A DNA stretch of 64,000 nt, taken from assembly GCA_964016885.1 (NCBI GenBank), contig OZ024742.1:47306001-47370000 (forward strand), given 5' to 3'. Source of the stretch: Eledone cirrhosa. Its lineage: Eukaryota. Below the pieces are notes generated by a model that saw only the letters and a program-made list of their open reading frames with translations, was not told the DNA's origin and did not search any database. Positions 29,885-45,100 of this stretch are shown piece by piece (the stretch's first letter is position 1; every line of letters starts with the position of its first letter). The position numbers were made by a program, and so were the translations under genes.

Positions 29885-29921
<37 letters not shown>

Positions 29922-30780
29922 TGCCCACTTATTTTAGAGAGGCTCGTTGAGGCCGATAACCTAAAACACTGCATTTTTCCTTCCAGAGTGTCCTGTCAGA
30001 AGCAACCGTCTCCAACTGATCAAGCCAAGCATATGGATGTTATCCAGTCATCTTGTATGGGTATACACCTGGGTCTCCTGCCGGTTGGTTTTGCCCGTAA
30101 AATCTATCCAGCGATTCTTTCCTGAGGCATTCTAACCACATGCCCATAGTATGTGATCTCTCATTTCGGAGAAGTAGCAGTGCTACCTGGAGTGACTATC
30201 TGATGTCCGAGTGAGGCACTCTGTCGAGTAACATTACGTCAAATACCCTTCGGATGAAACTCATTTCAGCTTGTATTCACGATTATATTCTTTAGGTTTA
30301 TTACACAAGATTCATATCGAATATCGAATTGAAGATAGCGAGTCTGGCTTCTACCCTTCCTCTGATGATCAAACGCTGAGTCTGGCGCATTATTGTATGG
30401 ATTGGCAGTATCGGTAGAGAGTCAGACACCATGCTTTCCTGAGTTCAAATCCCGCCGAGGTTGAGTTTGCCTTTCATCCTTACGGGGTCGATAAAATAGA
30501 GTACCAGTAATGCACTGCGTAATTGCTGGCCTCCTGCCTAAAGTAGAAACAATTATTGTACCAGATCCTTCAATTATTGCACTTAATTCCATCTCCTACC
30601 TTCCATCTCTCGTGAACACGGCCCAGAGATACGTGAACTCCTCCACCTGATTCAATGGAACTCCATTCACATTTAGAATGCAGTGCGCAGGCTTTCTTGA
30701 GCTAACGAGTGTCTCAGTCTTCGCCTGCATTGATTTTAATTTCAGCCATGCAGCACTCGGCATTAAATCTATACAACTGA
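29793..30780 (-). mobile_element. RTE-like LINE 3' portion ending in a (GAC)n(GAA)n microsatellite tail
   Basis: The minus strand reads LNVNGVPLNQVEEFTYLW... and YGHVVRMPQERIA..LRAKPTGRRPR. The tail is 29793-29920; the element is interrupted by a SINE. Confidence 0.8.
30398..30551 (+). mobile_element. SINE with 9-bp TSD, inserted in the RTE
   Basis: Same family as 29251, with a short internal deletion. TSD ATTATTGTA at 30389-30397 and 30552-30560. Confidence 0.9.
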
Positions 30781-32184
30781 TGAATTAAATAAGAGTTTAA
30801 CCAGTTATCTTAGCCGATGAAAAAATTATGATATTTGAGGCCTTCAGGTATATGGCTGTTGGGTCTGATATCTAGATTTCGTGGTGCAGCAATTAGTGCA
30901 TTCATCTGGATATTACATTGTAGATGCTTATTTAAATGTTATCATATGTCGGAAACTATGACAGTAGAAATAGTTCACGTTGTGTTGAAAATATTCTTGA
31001 GAAATGTAAAACGTTTTGGAAAATGATTTGAAATATGTAAAAATATATTTCTTGGCATAAGAAAAACAAAACGATTTTAAATTCGCTAATCTATAAGTTG
31101 CAGTGAATTAGAATTTAATACAAATGGCTCTGCTAACTTATTGTAAGTTAAATTTTAATTTCAGATTTTCCCTATACATCGATTTTTAGCATTTGTTTCT
31201 ATTATTAGGAGTATACTATGTAAAATGGGTAAATAATTGATTAAATAAAATGAGAAAATAATTGCAGTTAAGAAAGTCTCTATATTTTAATTATAGCGAG
31301 ATTTACTTAGCCTTTCAATCACCCAGGGTCGACAAAATATACCCAAATCATTTAATAATTATGTTAATCAAATATCACCCATCAAGCAGAAAATGACATT
31401 TTACACATGTGTTAGAACTACAAAATTGTGTTCCCCCATATTTTTTCCTGATGTTAATTCCTATTTCATTCATTTGTTCTGATCTCTAATTTCAATATGT
31501 GAATATGAAATATAATAAGGTATCGGCATTTGTTTCAATCACCCCAGGCCAACCCTAATCGGATAGAGCTATAGAGTTGCTCCAGTCTTGAACATCTCGT
31601 TGATTTTCACAGTATAGTAAAGAATCGCTAGCCTATCCTTTCACCGTTTAACGGCGTGTATGATGTGGCTAAGAGGCATTTGTCTACAAACTGCTTATGT
31701 TGTCTAATTACATAATTTAATAATAATCATTTTCCGAATTTAATATTTTTTAAAGAATGCTATTGGCATATGAATGTAAAAGTGTTTGTCAAATTTAACT
31801 TTGCTTTCAAATATATTATATCTCTATATATACAGAAATTCATGAAAGAGAAATAGCGAATATGAATCTTATTAAATTAGCGTAATTATTTATTTTCCCT
31901 TAATATAAGTAACATTGTGTTACTGAAATATTAAGAATTGCATAATTCTATTTCATTCAGAAATTCATATAATTCTGATTTATGTAAGTTAAATAAAAGT
32001 TTAATAACCTCATTTTCATTTGTAAAGAGCTAAATGATTTATTAAATACATGTGAATATGAATCACTATATAGAATAACGTACTGGCTTAGATACGCCAT
32101 ACTCGTTATTTAACACTTGAATGATATTGTTATGGTATTTTATACGTTTGTGCGTGTTTATCTTTATTATCATCGTAAACGTTT

Positions 32185-32400
32185 GGGCGGTGCGTTGTGA
32201 AAATCGTTAGAACAGCGAATAAAATCGCCGTATTTAATCCTTTTCTTTACATACTGAGTTCAAATTCCACCACATTCAACTCTGCGTTTAGACTTTCTAG
32301 ACTATAACGTGCTATTCAATTACTGGATTCAATATATTAAAACATTTGTTCTCCACAAATTGTTTGGTTTTCTGCTTTTGTTAAAAATTATGAGTACAAT
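32185..32400 (+). mobile_element. Old diverged SINE copy
   Basis: GGGCGGTGCGTTG..AAATCGTTAG..CTGAGTTCAAATTCCACC resembles the SINE head and box B. Confidence 0.45.
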
Positions 32401-33012
32401 TAAAATTTTCGTTGCTACACGTAAGGCTAAAAACAACCTTGAAATTAGTTGTATGCTTATGAATAATCTTTCATTATGTTAAATAGCATCAAAAAGAATA
32501 CAATCCTGCATCATGTTTAAATGTATATTTGTGAATACAGTGCATGTTTTGTCTGATTTTCCTATTAATCATAGAAGGCATATCTAGTAAAGTTTAATAG
32601 ATGTTATTCCTTCCTACTTAATTTTATTGCTATATTAATATTTTCCACTGTGTAAATTATATAATATGTTATCTTTACTTAAGAAGTTAAATATAGTCCG
32701 AAGAGGATCCTCTTGCTACTTTTAAAACGAAAAATGTCCACCTAGTAACTCTCCCCCTCTACTCATCAAGTGTGTGTGTCCATGTATATATGCGTGAGTG
32801 ATCATAAGGTCAGTGTCCACATGGCACCAGAATAAACACTTGTAATACTTTCATTTCAGCGTGGTGTCATTTGCCTTACAACGGATACGAATCAGTTCTT
32901 CAAAGTGTCTCCTAATGGGCAGTTTATATTTGTTTGAAAAGTAAAAACGGCATCGCGTCTTGGAGAGCATCTCAGTATTTGGATTTACTAATTCTACGTT
33001 GTTTATTTGAAT

Positions 33013-33067
33013 ATGGAAATTAGTGGATTTTTTCTCTGGCATGCTTCGATCATGCTAGTCTGGTCAG
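33013..33067 (+). CDS. Candidate first coding exon segment encoding a signal-peptide-like sequence (MEISGFFLWHASIMLVWS)
   Basis: Upstream acceptor TTTCATTTCAG at 32859, aatATGG start context, hydrophobic 18 codons and a phase-1 donor CAG|GTATGA. No homology support. Confidence 0.25.
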
Positions 33068-34312
33068 GTATGATGTAGTGTATATTAGCTGTGGCATTGC
33101 CACACAACGGATGTGATGCTTGCTTCTATTCATCCGGTATTGAAGTCTAATCAAATCTTCCAATGAATACGGATTTCAAGCGGATTATACGAGTGTGTAT
33201 TCTATCATTTCCAGAATGGGAGAAGACGAAAATAAATGAGTGAACATTATTTTGCTTTTTCCAATTATCAAAAGAAAATTATTTTAATTTCAGCTAGACA
33301 ATGATCTCATGCAACTAAAATGAAACCTCCCATTCTGTCTTTAATCCAAATATTATTTTCTCTATTTTAAGTTTCATCCAGCGTGTGAGTTTTTTTTTCA
33401 TATTTTCGTTAATGTATTTTTGAGTTCCGCATTGAGATTTTATTTTATTTTAGTTATACAGCTTTTCTATTGTGTAAATCTGCTGGTATGAACATTTCTT
33501 AATTAACTTCCGTGAATATTTTTCTCAGCAGTTTGTCTTCAAGACATTTTTCACAAGCCTGAATATAATAAACAAATCTCACCAGATGAAATGTGTCAAC
33601 AGTTTCTTCCTATCATGATAATCGTTATTCAACAAAGGTGAATGAATTATGCGAATAGCAATAATGAAAATGTTTTGGAATACCACCCAGAATACTGTAG
33701 AACAATGTGAAAGGTATTACGAGTTTCATTAGCAAATTGCTAATTTCTATCGTAAAGGCTGTTTTTTCCCACGCAAGCTAACTCTATTAAAAAGGCTACG
33801 TGATTAATTATACGCAACAAATAGGTTCATGTTCATTCCATAAAGGATAGGAAGAAAGCATGTTTGTCAGATGGATGTAAACAAGATGGGGCTGTGAAAA
33901 TAAACATATTACACTGTCTAGAAAGACATACATTTATTTACGATATTCCAGATAAAAGAAAATTTAAATTCATGCACTCGATATTTCAGTAGCTTCTTTC
34001 ATCAGATCTATCAGTTCTTAAATCTTATAGTTCAGCCCATTTGACAGTGTAAAAAGCTGTTTATTCTTACGAAGTATAGGAGGAGAATGGAAAAAAAAAA
34101 ACATTTGCTGTATTTGGTGGCTGAAGCAAAATGTGTACCGCATTATTAGTTAACATTCGCTCAAAATATGGCGTTACATTTTATATGTGCATCTGCACAC
34201 TCACACTCTCAAACATTCACATACACTACACACGCATGTTTCTTATGTGCTGCAAATGTCCATCATTACATTCAAATTTTGCAGTAATACGATACAACAC
34301 TATCTTCACATA

Positions 34313-34488
34313 TAATTGGTTCTAATTTTGGCACAAGGCCAGCAATTATTCCAGTACATTACTGGTACTTTATTTTATCGATCCCATAAGGATGAAAGGC
34401 AAAGTTAACCTCGGTGGGATTTGAACTCAGACTGTAACTCGATGCTACAAAGCATGGCGTCCGTCCCTCTACCGATACTGCCAATCCA
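34313..34488 (-). mobile_element. SINE (same family)
   Basis: GGCACAAGGCCAGCAAT...AAGGATGAAAGGCAAAGTTAACCTCGGTGGGATTTGAACTCAG...CTCTACCGATACTGCCAATCC. Confidence 0.9.
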
Positions 34489-35880
34489 CAACGTATACAA
34501 TATCTCTGAAGATCATATTAAAAAATCAAACACGATCAAATATGCGAACACAGATAGATGTACAACATAATTACGCAACATTTTACCAGATAATATTAAT
34601 TTAAACTGTAATGAAAACCATTAATTAGAGAAATATTGAATGTAGAAACCAATTCATGGCAATATATCACGAAATAAATTAAATGAGTTCATAGTTTACA
34701 AGGAATTTTAACAATGTGTAAACTAAATTATTCCTGCAATTTAAAGTGCGTTACACTAAACTCTGTATGTATTTTAACATGTGACTTACACCAAATTATA
34801 CATGTATTTTAGCAACCGGTGTATTTTAGCGCTAGGTGTGTTATCGAATAAAGGAATATTTAGAAAATATTTTGTTACTTTGTGTGAACTATAAATATGT
34901 CATCACTAGACACTGGTAATAAATATTTTGTAGTTTCCCTTTTCACACTACTTTGTGTAAATATGTCCACTGCATTAGAAATACATGAGAAGAAACAGAA
35001 ACAGATTTTCAAGATTTATCAGAGAATCTATATCGCCGTATTAACGAGAAATAGAGAACAATTGAAAATATGGAGTTGTAATTTCCTCAACTGGTTTGAT
35101 CGTCAATAGATAATATAACGGAAATTACATGTCAGATATCTACAATGTTCTCGCAATGAGCGGTAAACTATTTCGACCTGAAGTGTACAGGACTCTGTAG
35201 TCAACTTGTCAATTTGATTGAGGAATACCACTATATAATTGCCTGCATATGCCAATATGTATAAATGTTGCATAATTTTCCTTTCAAGCACTGTAACTAT
35301 ATAGTAGGGCCCTGACAATAGTTTTATCCTTTGATGTATACGAAAGTCACGTACAAAAACAAAAGCATGCGCCCAAATATATATACATAGATACAAGTAT
35401 CTGTCAGTGGGTAGGTATGTGTGTAAGATGACAGGTATGTGTAGAATGAATATGACGATGATGATGATGGATATAGATGCCGCCTTCTATTGCCGATCAC
35501 AAAAATAAAATAACAATAAAAACAACAACACAAATATCAACAAAGAAATAAAAAAAAAACGTTAAAGTCTGAAGACCATGTTTAAGAGAATCTGCTGTTC
35601 ACATGTCAAGAACTGCTGGTAGTTAGTTATTATTCTTATTTGGCATTAACCTCTAAGGGACGGTAGTGCCTGATCAACAGATATTATATAATGCTTGCAT
35701 GAAGGGGAAATGCTTGCAGTGATGAGAAGGTGAAGAACGAGATATAAGTTACATTATAGTATCCCAACCTTTAGTATCATTCAACATCTTTCTTTATTTC
35801 CCTACCTATCCTACTTTCTTTTTATGGAGGCGTGTTTTTATGTATACACACCTCATTTATACAAATATATAAACATATGT

Positions 35881-35945
<65 letters not shown>

Positions 35946-36200
35946 GTGTGTGTGTGTGTGCATATATATATGTATATATATATGTATATATATCGAGATG
36001 GAAAGAGAGAGAGAGAGTGAGAAAGAGAGAAAGAGAAAGAGAGGTAAATGGAAGCAATAGACGGAGAAATTGACTCTGTGTTTAACTGTAGATGTCTTGT
36101 GTACATTAACTGTACATTCATTCAAGTATAGAAATGTATGTTCTAGAAAATGTTCAAACACATATGTATGTATACATGTATATATATATATATATATATT

Positions 36201-36347
<147 letters not shown>

Positions 36348-36444
36348 GCATATATATACATATATATATATATGTATATATATATATGCATATATATATA
36401 TATATATATAAATATATGTATATATATATGTATATATATATGCA

Positions 36445-36475
<31 letters not shown>

Positions 36476-36631
36476 GTATGCATACACACACACGCACGCA
36501 CACACACACATACACACACGCACACACACGCAAACACACATATATATATATATATATATATCTGTATGTATAATAAGTGGATTCCAGCGGGGGATCGGGA
36601 GGGGACAGCAATGTTAAATATTTGCTACTCA

Positions 36632-36728
36632 TACAGGACTAGAACTATTTATTTGGTATGAAATCATCTGGAAATTCCTGATGATTTCATATGAATGAAA
36701 CCGTTCTACTCCTGTAGAAGTCATTTCT
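36632..36728 (+). ncRNA. Hammerhead-like motif within a short inverted repeat
   Basis: CTGATGA-tTTCAtaTGAAt-GAAA-C-cg-TTCTAC-TCCT-GTAGAA-GTC. Stem I (GAAAT/ATTTC) is offset by 2 nt. The preceding ~40 nt mirror it (TATGAAATCATC/GATGATTTCATA, TACAGGA/TCCTGTA). Confidence 0.45.
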
Positions 36729-36777
36729 GTAAGTTATATATATATATAAACACACAAACAGACGGACACACACACAG

Positions 36778-36825
<48 letters not shown>

Positions 36826-36832
36826 ATATATA

Positions 36833-36883
<51 letters not shown>

Positions 36884-37123
36884 TTATATCTAGGTTTGTA
36901 CTTATGTGTGTATATGTGTACATATAGTTGTCGCGTTAAAATTAATGTATTCAATGGAGAATATCGATATATGTAGGTATTCCAATTTGTATGTGGAATC
37001 CAACATTACTCTGAAAAAAAAAACAGTAATAGCTATACAACAATAATAGCTATGCAACGAGTTTTATATGTTATATATATCGATAAAAGTATATGTTCAT
37101 ATATTGATATACATACACGTATA

Positions 37124-37176
<53 letters not shown>

Positions 37177-37235
37177 GTGTATATATATATATATATATAT
37201 GTGTATATATATATATATATATGTGTATATATATA

Positions 37236-37276
<41 letters not shown>

Positions 37277-38367
37277 ATATATTTATATGTGTGTGTATAT
37301 ATATATTTATATATATTTATATATATATATATATAAATATATATATGTGTGTGTGTGTGCGTGTGCGCGTCTTTATGTATGTGTGTGTGTGCACGTATAT
37401 GCACATATATACATAAATATATACAGGCACACCCATCTGATTTTCTCTCTCAATATATATATATATATAGCGTTTCATGTCTAATTTAAAAAAATAGAAA
37501 TAGATAAGTAAAGAATGCCTATGTATAGTATATTTTCACTTTGAAATCGCCTAAGAAAATACACCCCCGGTCTTGAACGCTTTATTCGTATGTGTGTGCG
37601 TGCGACATGTGCATTGAGACTCGACTTTCGTGGCTGAAAACTTCGATCTGTAATTTATCTTATCTTCTGGGTGAAAACCTTTAGGCTACGATTGTTATTA
37701 ACACTAATCAAATACAATCGGAACTGACTGGCGTCAGTCGAATACGTTATCAATGGAAAACCGAGGACTAATGTCTGGAACCGAATACCTCCTCAACGAT
37801 GCAGCTCCTAAGTGGAAAGGTTACAACGATGCAATCAACCTCAATAGGCAGATCTGTCGTTAGCTCATTCTACAAGCTTTTCTCCTCTGTTTATATTCTG
37901 ATAGCGTGACACTACTGAGACGTCGTGAAAGGACTAATTTTTTTCTTATCTTTATTTAGTTTTTAACTTTCAGAGAAAACAGGATGTGTGAATGAATCTC
38001 CTTGAATTCCAAACTGTATGAGAAAATGGTATAGAAGATCAATGAGAGACAAGACGTGTTGTAGAAGGATGAAAAAGCCGAAATATAAAAACGAAAAAAC
38101 AAAAAAAAATAATACAACACGAGACCAAAACAAAAGATAATATAAAAACATAATATATTTAAGAAAAAAAAAAAAAAAATAACAACAAATCTGAGACATA
38201 TGAATACGATCTAATTAGGTTGTAGATGTTCAAGGAAGAATAGCCGATTTATTTCTTAAATTCTTGAAACTTTTACAGAGTTAATAACATTTATTTGTTG
38301 CTGAAAAAATTCTAGTTAGGTCATAAAGATAAAATACAAAATGACACTTGAATAAACATATTTTACA

Positions 38368-38481
<114 letters not shown>

Positions 38482-38605
38482 GCGTATGTATGTATATATG
38501 TATATATATATATGTATGCATTATGTATGTACGTATGTATGTGGATATATATGCATGCATGTTTGTATGTATGTATGAGTATATATATGTATATGGAATT
38601 ATTTA

Positions 38606-38640
<35 letters not shown>

Positions 38641-38907
38641 CATATAAGTTTATGAAAATATAAATGAATATATCGGCGCTTATGAATACATATAAATATG
38701 TATATATCTTTGAGAATAAGTATAACATACGGATCTGAGATTATATACACACAACCTCTTCCACTTTCTCCTTCTCTCTCTCTCTCTTTCTCACACACAC
38801 ACACAAACACACACATATATTTATATATATACATATATATATATGTGTGTGTGTGTGCGTGTGTGCGTGTGTGAAAGTGAGGGCATATATATATATATAC
38901 ACTCACA

Positions 38908-38945
<38 letters not shown>

Positions 38946-38946
38946 A

Positions 38947-39015
<69 letters not shown>

Positions 39016-40576
39016 AATGGAAAAATGAAACGAAATTTCATTTCTCACTCTTAGTACGGCTGTTACTTAAATATAAGTATGTATACGTACATACATATAT
39101 GTATACAGACGTGCATGTATGTATATATATACATACTACTGTACGTCTGTATACATATATATACATATATATATATCTATATATATTTGGGATGGTCATT
39201 ATGTCGTAATGTCGTTATTTCTTTTCGTGGTGAAGTTTTCGTGTTTGTGCATGCATTTGCGTCTACGCTTTCGTCCCTGTGTATGTGTTTTTCTGGTTGT
39301 CATGTCTATGTGTGTGTGAGTTTTTATCGTTAGCTGTTTTGCTGTCTGTATCTTTTCTTCTCTCTCTTTTCTTATTCTGTCTTCTGATGTTAAGTAGTTG
39401 GCCGTTACTATTCCGCTCGTGTTCTCTGTTTAGGCTGGGACTATTTTCTATTCTGTCGGTGGCGTCAGTAATTTGTTTGAGTGATGCGTTAGTTCTGTAT
39501 GTAGTAGGATCTTTATTTCTAGAGTATCAATTGAATCCACGTGTTCTAATTTGGCATGTTGGTATAGTACTGATGATCTTTTCGTCTCCTTAAGTTCTCC
39601 TTGGTTATTACGAGAGAACTGCATTCGGTGAATGACGTGTTGTATTTATGTCTTTTATATTCTGTTGGATCAGGCATGCGGCTCACATTTCTCATCGTGG
39701 TTATAATGTCCGCTATTCAGATTGCCACTTCTTCTTCTTGGGCATATGTTTTTATTATTAAATTTACACGCATTTCTCTTTAGAGTAGTTTTGATACTCA
39801 TGTACGATCATTTTTCTCACATGCTCTTGTTTTGTGGGTTCTGCATGGCTCTGGTCCCTCCGCTCCATCTTTCCATGGGGGTTTTCTTGGCTATTGAGGT
39901 GATGGTGAGAAGTGTAAGTTTTACATGTCTATTGGGGCATCGCATCTAAGGTTGTACTTATCTAGATATTTCCTATCACACGTAAGTCTGGGGAGGAGGT
40001 TTAGTTCCTCACGGTCAACTCTTCAGAATTCCACATTGCTCTCACTGATCATCTCCACATATTTCTCCACAGCAAAATCAACGTCTATGGGTGGGTATAA
40101 GGTATAAGGATACCACATCCCTGCTGCCTATTACCCTGTTTATCAGGTCGTGGGTGCAGTTGCATGTGTTGATTCTGTTGGCCGACCGAGTTAGTATGGA
40201 AATAGACGAATATAGTACATAGTTAACGGGCAGCAGTATAGATCCAACATATATAATTACGTAACTCAAATTTTAAAATAGTTTTTATTTCAGAAATTTC
40301 AAGCGGTGTGGATTGATTGAAAACTAGTTTTTCCATGATCACTACGATACAATATTCAAAGTACGTCCAGCTCGGATTGCGTGTGGTATGACGATGTAAA
40401 GGCGTACGTTTCACCATGTGTTTGCAAGTTTTCGGTCTTACTACTCACAAATATACACACTTTTTACCCGGTAATTGATGATGCGTTGTCGCAAGGTTTT
40501 TTGATGAGTTCATTGCTACTTTGGTTGATGGATTTTACCCGCTTGCCCATAGAGGAATTCTCGACAAAACATCATA

Positions 40577-40762
40577 TAACTGTTTCTACTTTAGGCACAA
40601 GGCCAGCAATTACCCAGTGCATTACTGGTACTTTATTTTATCGACCCCGTAAGGATGAAAGGCAAAGTCAACTTCGGCGGGATTTGAACTCAGATCGTAA
40701 AGGGACGTAACTATGCTGGAAAGCATGGTGTCCGACTCTCTACCGATACTGCCAATCCACCA
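40577..40762 (-). mobile_element. SINE (same family)
   Basis: Full core and head, highly similar to 58346-58513. Confidence 0.92.
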
Positions 40763-41485
40763 CCCCCGGTCGAAATATATATTAACGAAATCAGACAAGA
40801 ACGATTTTTGTATATGATAATAGAGAAAAGAACAAATACACCTTGCTCTTCAAAAATACTGTTATAATATTTCGTTAAAAGGTAATTTTGAAACACATTC
40901 AACTCCGAATAAATCAGTTTGTATTAATCAGTTCTTAGCTCAGTTATACATTAAAAAACGTTATGAATCAATATTCATCACATGCTGGTAAGGTGTGAAG
41001 TAATTTATGCCTTTGGGGAAAAATTATGAAAAGCAGGAGTATGTGGCTTGAAAAACTGCCTGAGGTTCGTTAATCTATACATATAGAGATATTGTAGGTA
41101 TATGTATGATTTAAAATTGCGGAGTCATGGAAAAGACATATGACCGGAGAAAGGCATAGAGTGAGAGGTATAGAACAATATGTGTCTGTATCACTGGCCA
41201 AATGGCAAGAGAGAAAAATAGCAGCTATTACCTGACTATAATACGTGGCAGAGAGAAGGAGTGTGAGAGAATTGTAGCTGGAGTTTCTATGTTTTTATAG
41301 AGAAGAGTACCTCTTGGTGAGTAGATCTTTTAACGAGAATATTTGTATGCCAGTATTGTTGAATATGAAAAAGGAAGATTCTCATATGCTGATATAGAAT
41401 TTTGGTCCACGTTTAGGCCAGGTCACACAAATGTAAACATAAATAAGTAACTCATACAAATACACCCATCTGGCAGAAGGGTATA

Positions 41486-41526
41486 CGGTGCTGATGATAG
41501 CTAAGAAGCTTGAAACTAGTACATCG
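41486..41526 (+). ncRNA. Minimal type I hammerhead ribozyme
   Basis: CGGTG-CTGATGA-tAGCT-AAGA-AGCTt-GAAA-CTA-GTA-CATCG; palindromic stem III ACTAGT, GUA triplet. Confidence 0.8.
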
Positions 41527-41676
41527 TTCCTGTGTCAGTGTTGAACAAAAAGGTGACGTGGTTGCCTTAACACCGTACGGCTTAAATCAGGCTGTCCGTT
41601 TGTTTACAAACGGACAAAGCGGGCGTTATAATAAACGTCCGCTAAACTGATACGTACATATATATATGTGTACCTG

Positions 41677-41746
<70 letters not shown>

Positions 41747-42124
41747 TGCTACTGTACGTCTGTATACATATATGTATGTACGTATACATACATACTTACA
41801 TTTAAGTAAGTGCCGTACTAAGAGTGAGAAATGAAATTTCGTTTCATTCTATTACAATATATATATATGCATACATATATATATATAATTAAAATTAAGA
41901 TGACGTATGTATATGAAATAAACTCATCAAATAGTTACAGGGGATAATTTATGAAGAGTGTAAACATACATAGTTACGGAGGCAACATATTAAAAATTAA
42001 CAATAACCTAGAATATAGATAGATATCTTTCATTAAATATTAATCTCCTTTGTATATATTCACCATTTGTATATATTTCACCATTAATCAGTGCATCATA
42101 TCCTTAATCTAATTTATATATATA

Positions 42125-45100
42125 TGATCAGAGATTAGTATGGTTCATTGATTACTAAATGTATACAATTTTACAATAGATTAGAAGCACTCAACAGAGC
42201 AAAAAAAAATTCTGGAGTTTTTAATATTATTGAAAATATTAACAAATGAAAAATATTCTCATAATCAAAATATATACTTTATTGTATATATATTTCAGAG
42301 GTATTGTGTTGTTTTTTAGTACGTCCTCATCAGACAAAAATATGATTTGATATATGACATACCGCTACGGTCTTGATTATTCAATTCCAGTATTAGCAGT
42401 AATTTATTTCATCAAATCTCAATGTGTATATACCACAAATAATATGATAAACTTAAAGAATAAAGGACGTACAGCGAATTAGAGATATGAGAGAGGGTGT
42501 AAAGAAGAGGAAAAGTAAGGAAAAAAAGAATAAATACATACATAAATAGATAAATAAATACAAAATAAATGGATGAATGAGTAAAAGAAATATATAAAAA
42601 AGAAAAGAGGAATAACGACAAAAGATGGAAGTTGTGGGGAACGTGAAGGAAACAGAGGGGGTAAAGAAAATAAAGAAAAATAAAGGAACATCAAAAAGAG
42701 AGGGATAGAGAAAAAACCGTTGATTTCAAATGCTAGCTAAAATAGGACATCCAATCACTTCACATAATCAATTGAATAACTCTTGTATTTGATTATGCTT
42801 TAACTAATTATACTTATATATTATATCAAAATTAATCAGTATAGATTACTTTCTATAGAAATCACATATATAGTTTAATTAAAAATATATATAATTTAAT
42901 TTAATTCATTATAGATGATTATTTTTAATTTTAAGGTAAATATTCTATAAATATTTTGGTACAACTTTAAAAGAATTAATCTTTAAAGCGTATTTAAATA
43001 ATTATTAAATATGTATTAAAATCTAATACCATGCATATATCACCATCAATACATATAATATATTTAGATCATTTATTATCCAAATTATTTAATTTAATTA
43101 TGATATTCTCTTAATAAAATCTTACTATTCTTTAATTTTCATTTAATTCCTAGGATAAAACTGCAGTTACATTTACTCTCAAAAGTTATTACATTAATTT
43201 ATGATAGGTTATATTTACTTATGTATTTACTTATTTAGATATATAGTTTCCTTTTAATGATAGTCTATACATTATTAAACTACATATTTCATATCTGATA
43301 TAATTTAGCAAGCTAGTCAAAAAGAAAAGAATTTTTTACGGACAATGTAAACAAAATGAAGATATCTCATTCACCATATACCAACATTTATAATTTATCT
43401 AGACTCTCACGTCCAGTGATATTTCGAAAACCGTAAATCATCTATTGTATATATCATAAATGATGTCTAGTTACATATTGAACTGTCCTAATCAAAACAA
43501 AGGATAACGAGACTCTTAATGAGATTATTCTAATACATATAAATATCAATAAATTATTACCACAATAAGGCAAAAACTTATATATATATTAAATTATTAA
43601 TTGTTAATATTTTTTCGAAACTTGTACATTGCCTAGAAAGTTTTATCAATTTTATGGTGACAATTACTAAATAATTCATTTTTTTGTTGATTAAATTGTC
43701 ATAATCTTTAATTATCTGTAGTGTCTCAAGGTTTCAAATATTGCAATTTTGCGAAATAGTTGAGTTCCGATAGGGGGTAGCATCCTCTAATTTTGTTCAA
43801 GAGATGGAGTATTTAATATTATTGTCCTTTAAAGACCATATTAATTGTGAAAGTGAAGTTGAAAATTTCATATCTCTGTTTACTGAAAGATTGTCTATGA
43901 TTTTACCAACGTGCCTTAAATTTAGATGAAATGGCACCAATGTAGTTATATAGATTATTATTTGTCTTAATGGTACATTTATATACTAGATTCCTGTCAA
44001 GGCAATTATTTTGTAAAGGACATTCGGACTTCTTTCTACAATTACAGACCTTAAACAATTCACATTATTTTTTAAAGGTTTTCTACTATTATTCATGTTT
44101 AAACTATTATTATTGTTATTCCTATTAACTAATGTATTGTTATTATTATTGTTATTATTAATAATTAAAGGTTGGTTCAAATTAATATTTTTACTATTTA
44201 TTTTTGCTATATTCTGAGCAATATTCATAGTTGTTGAATAAGAGAGTTTAACTGTGTGTCTATTGAAGATAGAGTAATATTTATGTGACCTAGGGAAGCA
44301 TTTATCCAAAGCTTAAAAAAAATAAATGTGCTACAGGTGTTTTACTAGCTAAGGATGCTGGCGGAGCATACAAAATTATAGATCTAGTTCTTATTTTTTT
44401 CCCCGATTTATTCATCAAGTTGTTTTTATATTCATTTTTATTATGATTACTATGATTATAATTAATTTTATTTTCAGTATTTTCTATATACTCAATATTA
44501 TTGTTATATCCAGCTTTATGTAACGCTTCATTATAATATATAGCCTTACTATTAAATATGGATCTATTAGCAGATAGACTGGATATTCGTTGTTGTACAC
44601 TGTTGACTATTGCATTCTTAATACTTTTATGATGATTAGAATAAAAACTAACATAATTTAAGTTCTCATTGACTTTATGGAAAGGGAAATAAAGGCCTGA
44701 GTTCAAATTTAGAGTCACATCTAAAACATTAACTATTTTATTATTATTTTCTACTACTAATTTCAGATCGTAATTTAAAAGAAATTCTATAATTACTTTC
44801 TTTACACTATTTAATTCGTTATTATTATGTGTTTCTACAATAAATAATATGTCGTCCCTCTTTTCTCGTTATTCCTCTTTTCTTTTTGATATATTTCTTT
44901 TACTCATTCATCCATTTATTTTTTATTCATTTATCTTTTTATCTATGTATTTATTTATTATATATATTTTTTTCTTGCCTATCCTCTTCTTTACATCTTA
45001 TCTATATTTCGCTCTACGTCCTTTTCTTCTTTAAGTTTATCATATTATTTGTGCGATATAAACATTGAGAGTTGATGAAATAAATCACTGCCCATACTGG

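Larger units (their letters stand above)
39024..41848. mobile_element. Rearranged PLE with inverted termini (39024-39112 / 41756-41848)
   Basis: The termini are reverse complements. A decayed minus-strand RT at ~39500-40370 reads VIGSRDVVSLY..DFAVEKYVEMISESNVEF, homologous to the 21913 ORF. HHR at 41486; SINE insertion at 40577. Confidence 0.7.

Noticed and set aside
29698-29974. Poly-F, poly-R and poly-S ORFs
   Set aside because: They are frames across the (TTC)n(GTC)n tail.
37897-37937. CTGATAG...GAAAGGACTA as a hammerhead
   Set aside because: The core is altered and stems I and II do not pair convincingly.
43734-43745. In-frame TGA at the second Cys of the EN CxxC motif (CNI*), suggesting selenocysteine as reported for some PLEs
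   Set aside because: The same copy has another TGA at a Trp position, plus frameshifts. The related 55.6-kb copy has Cys, and no SECIS was identified, so decay is the simpler explanation.
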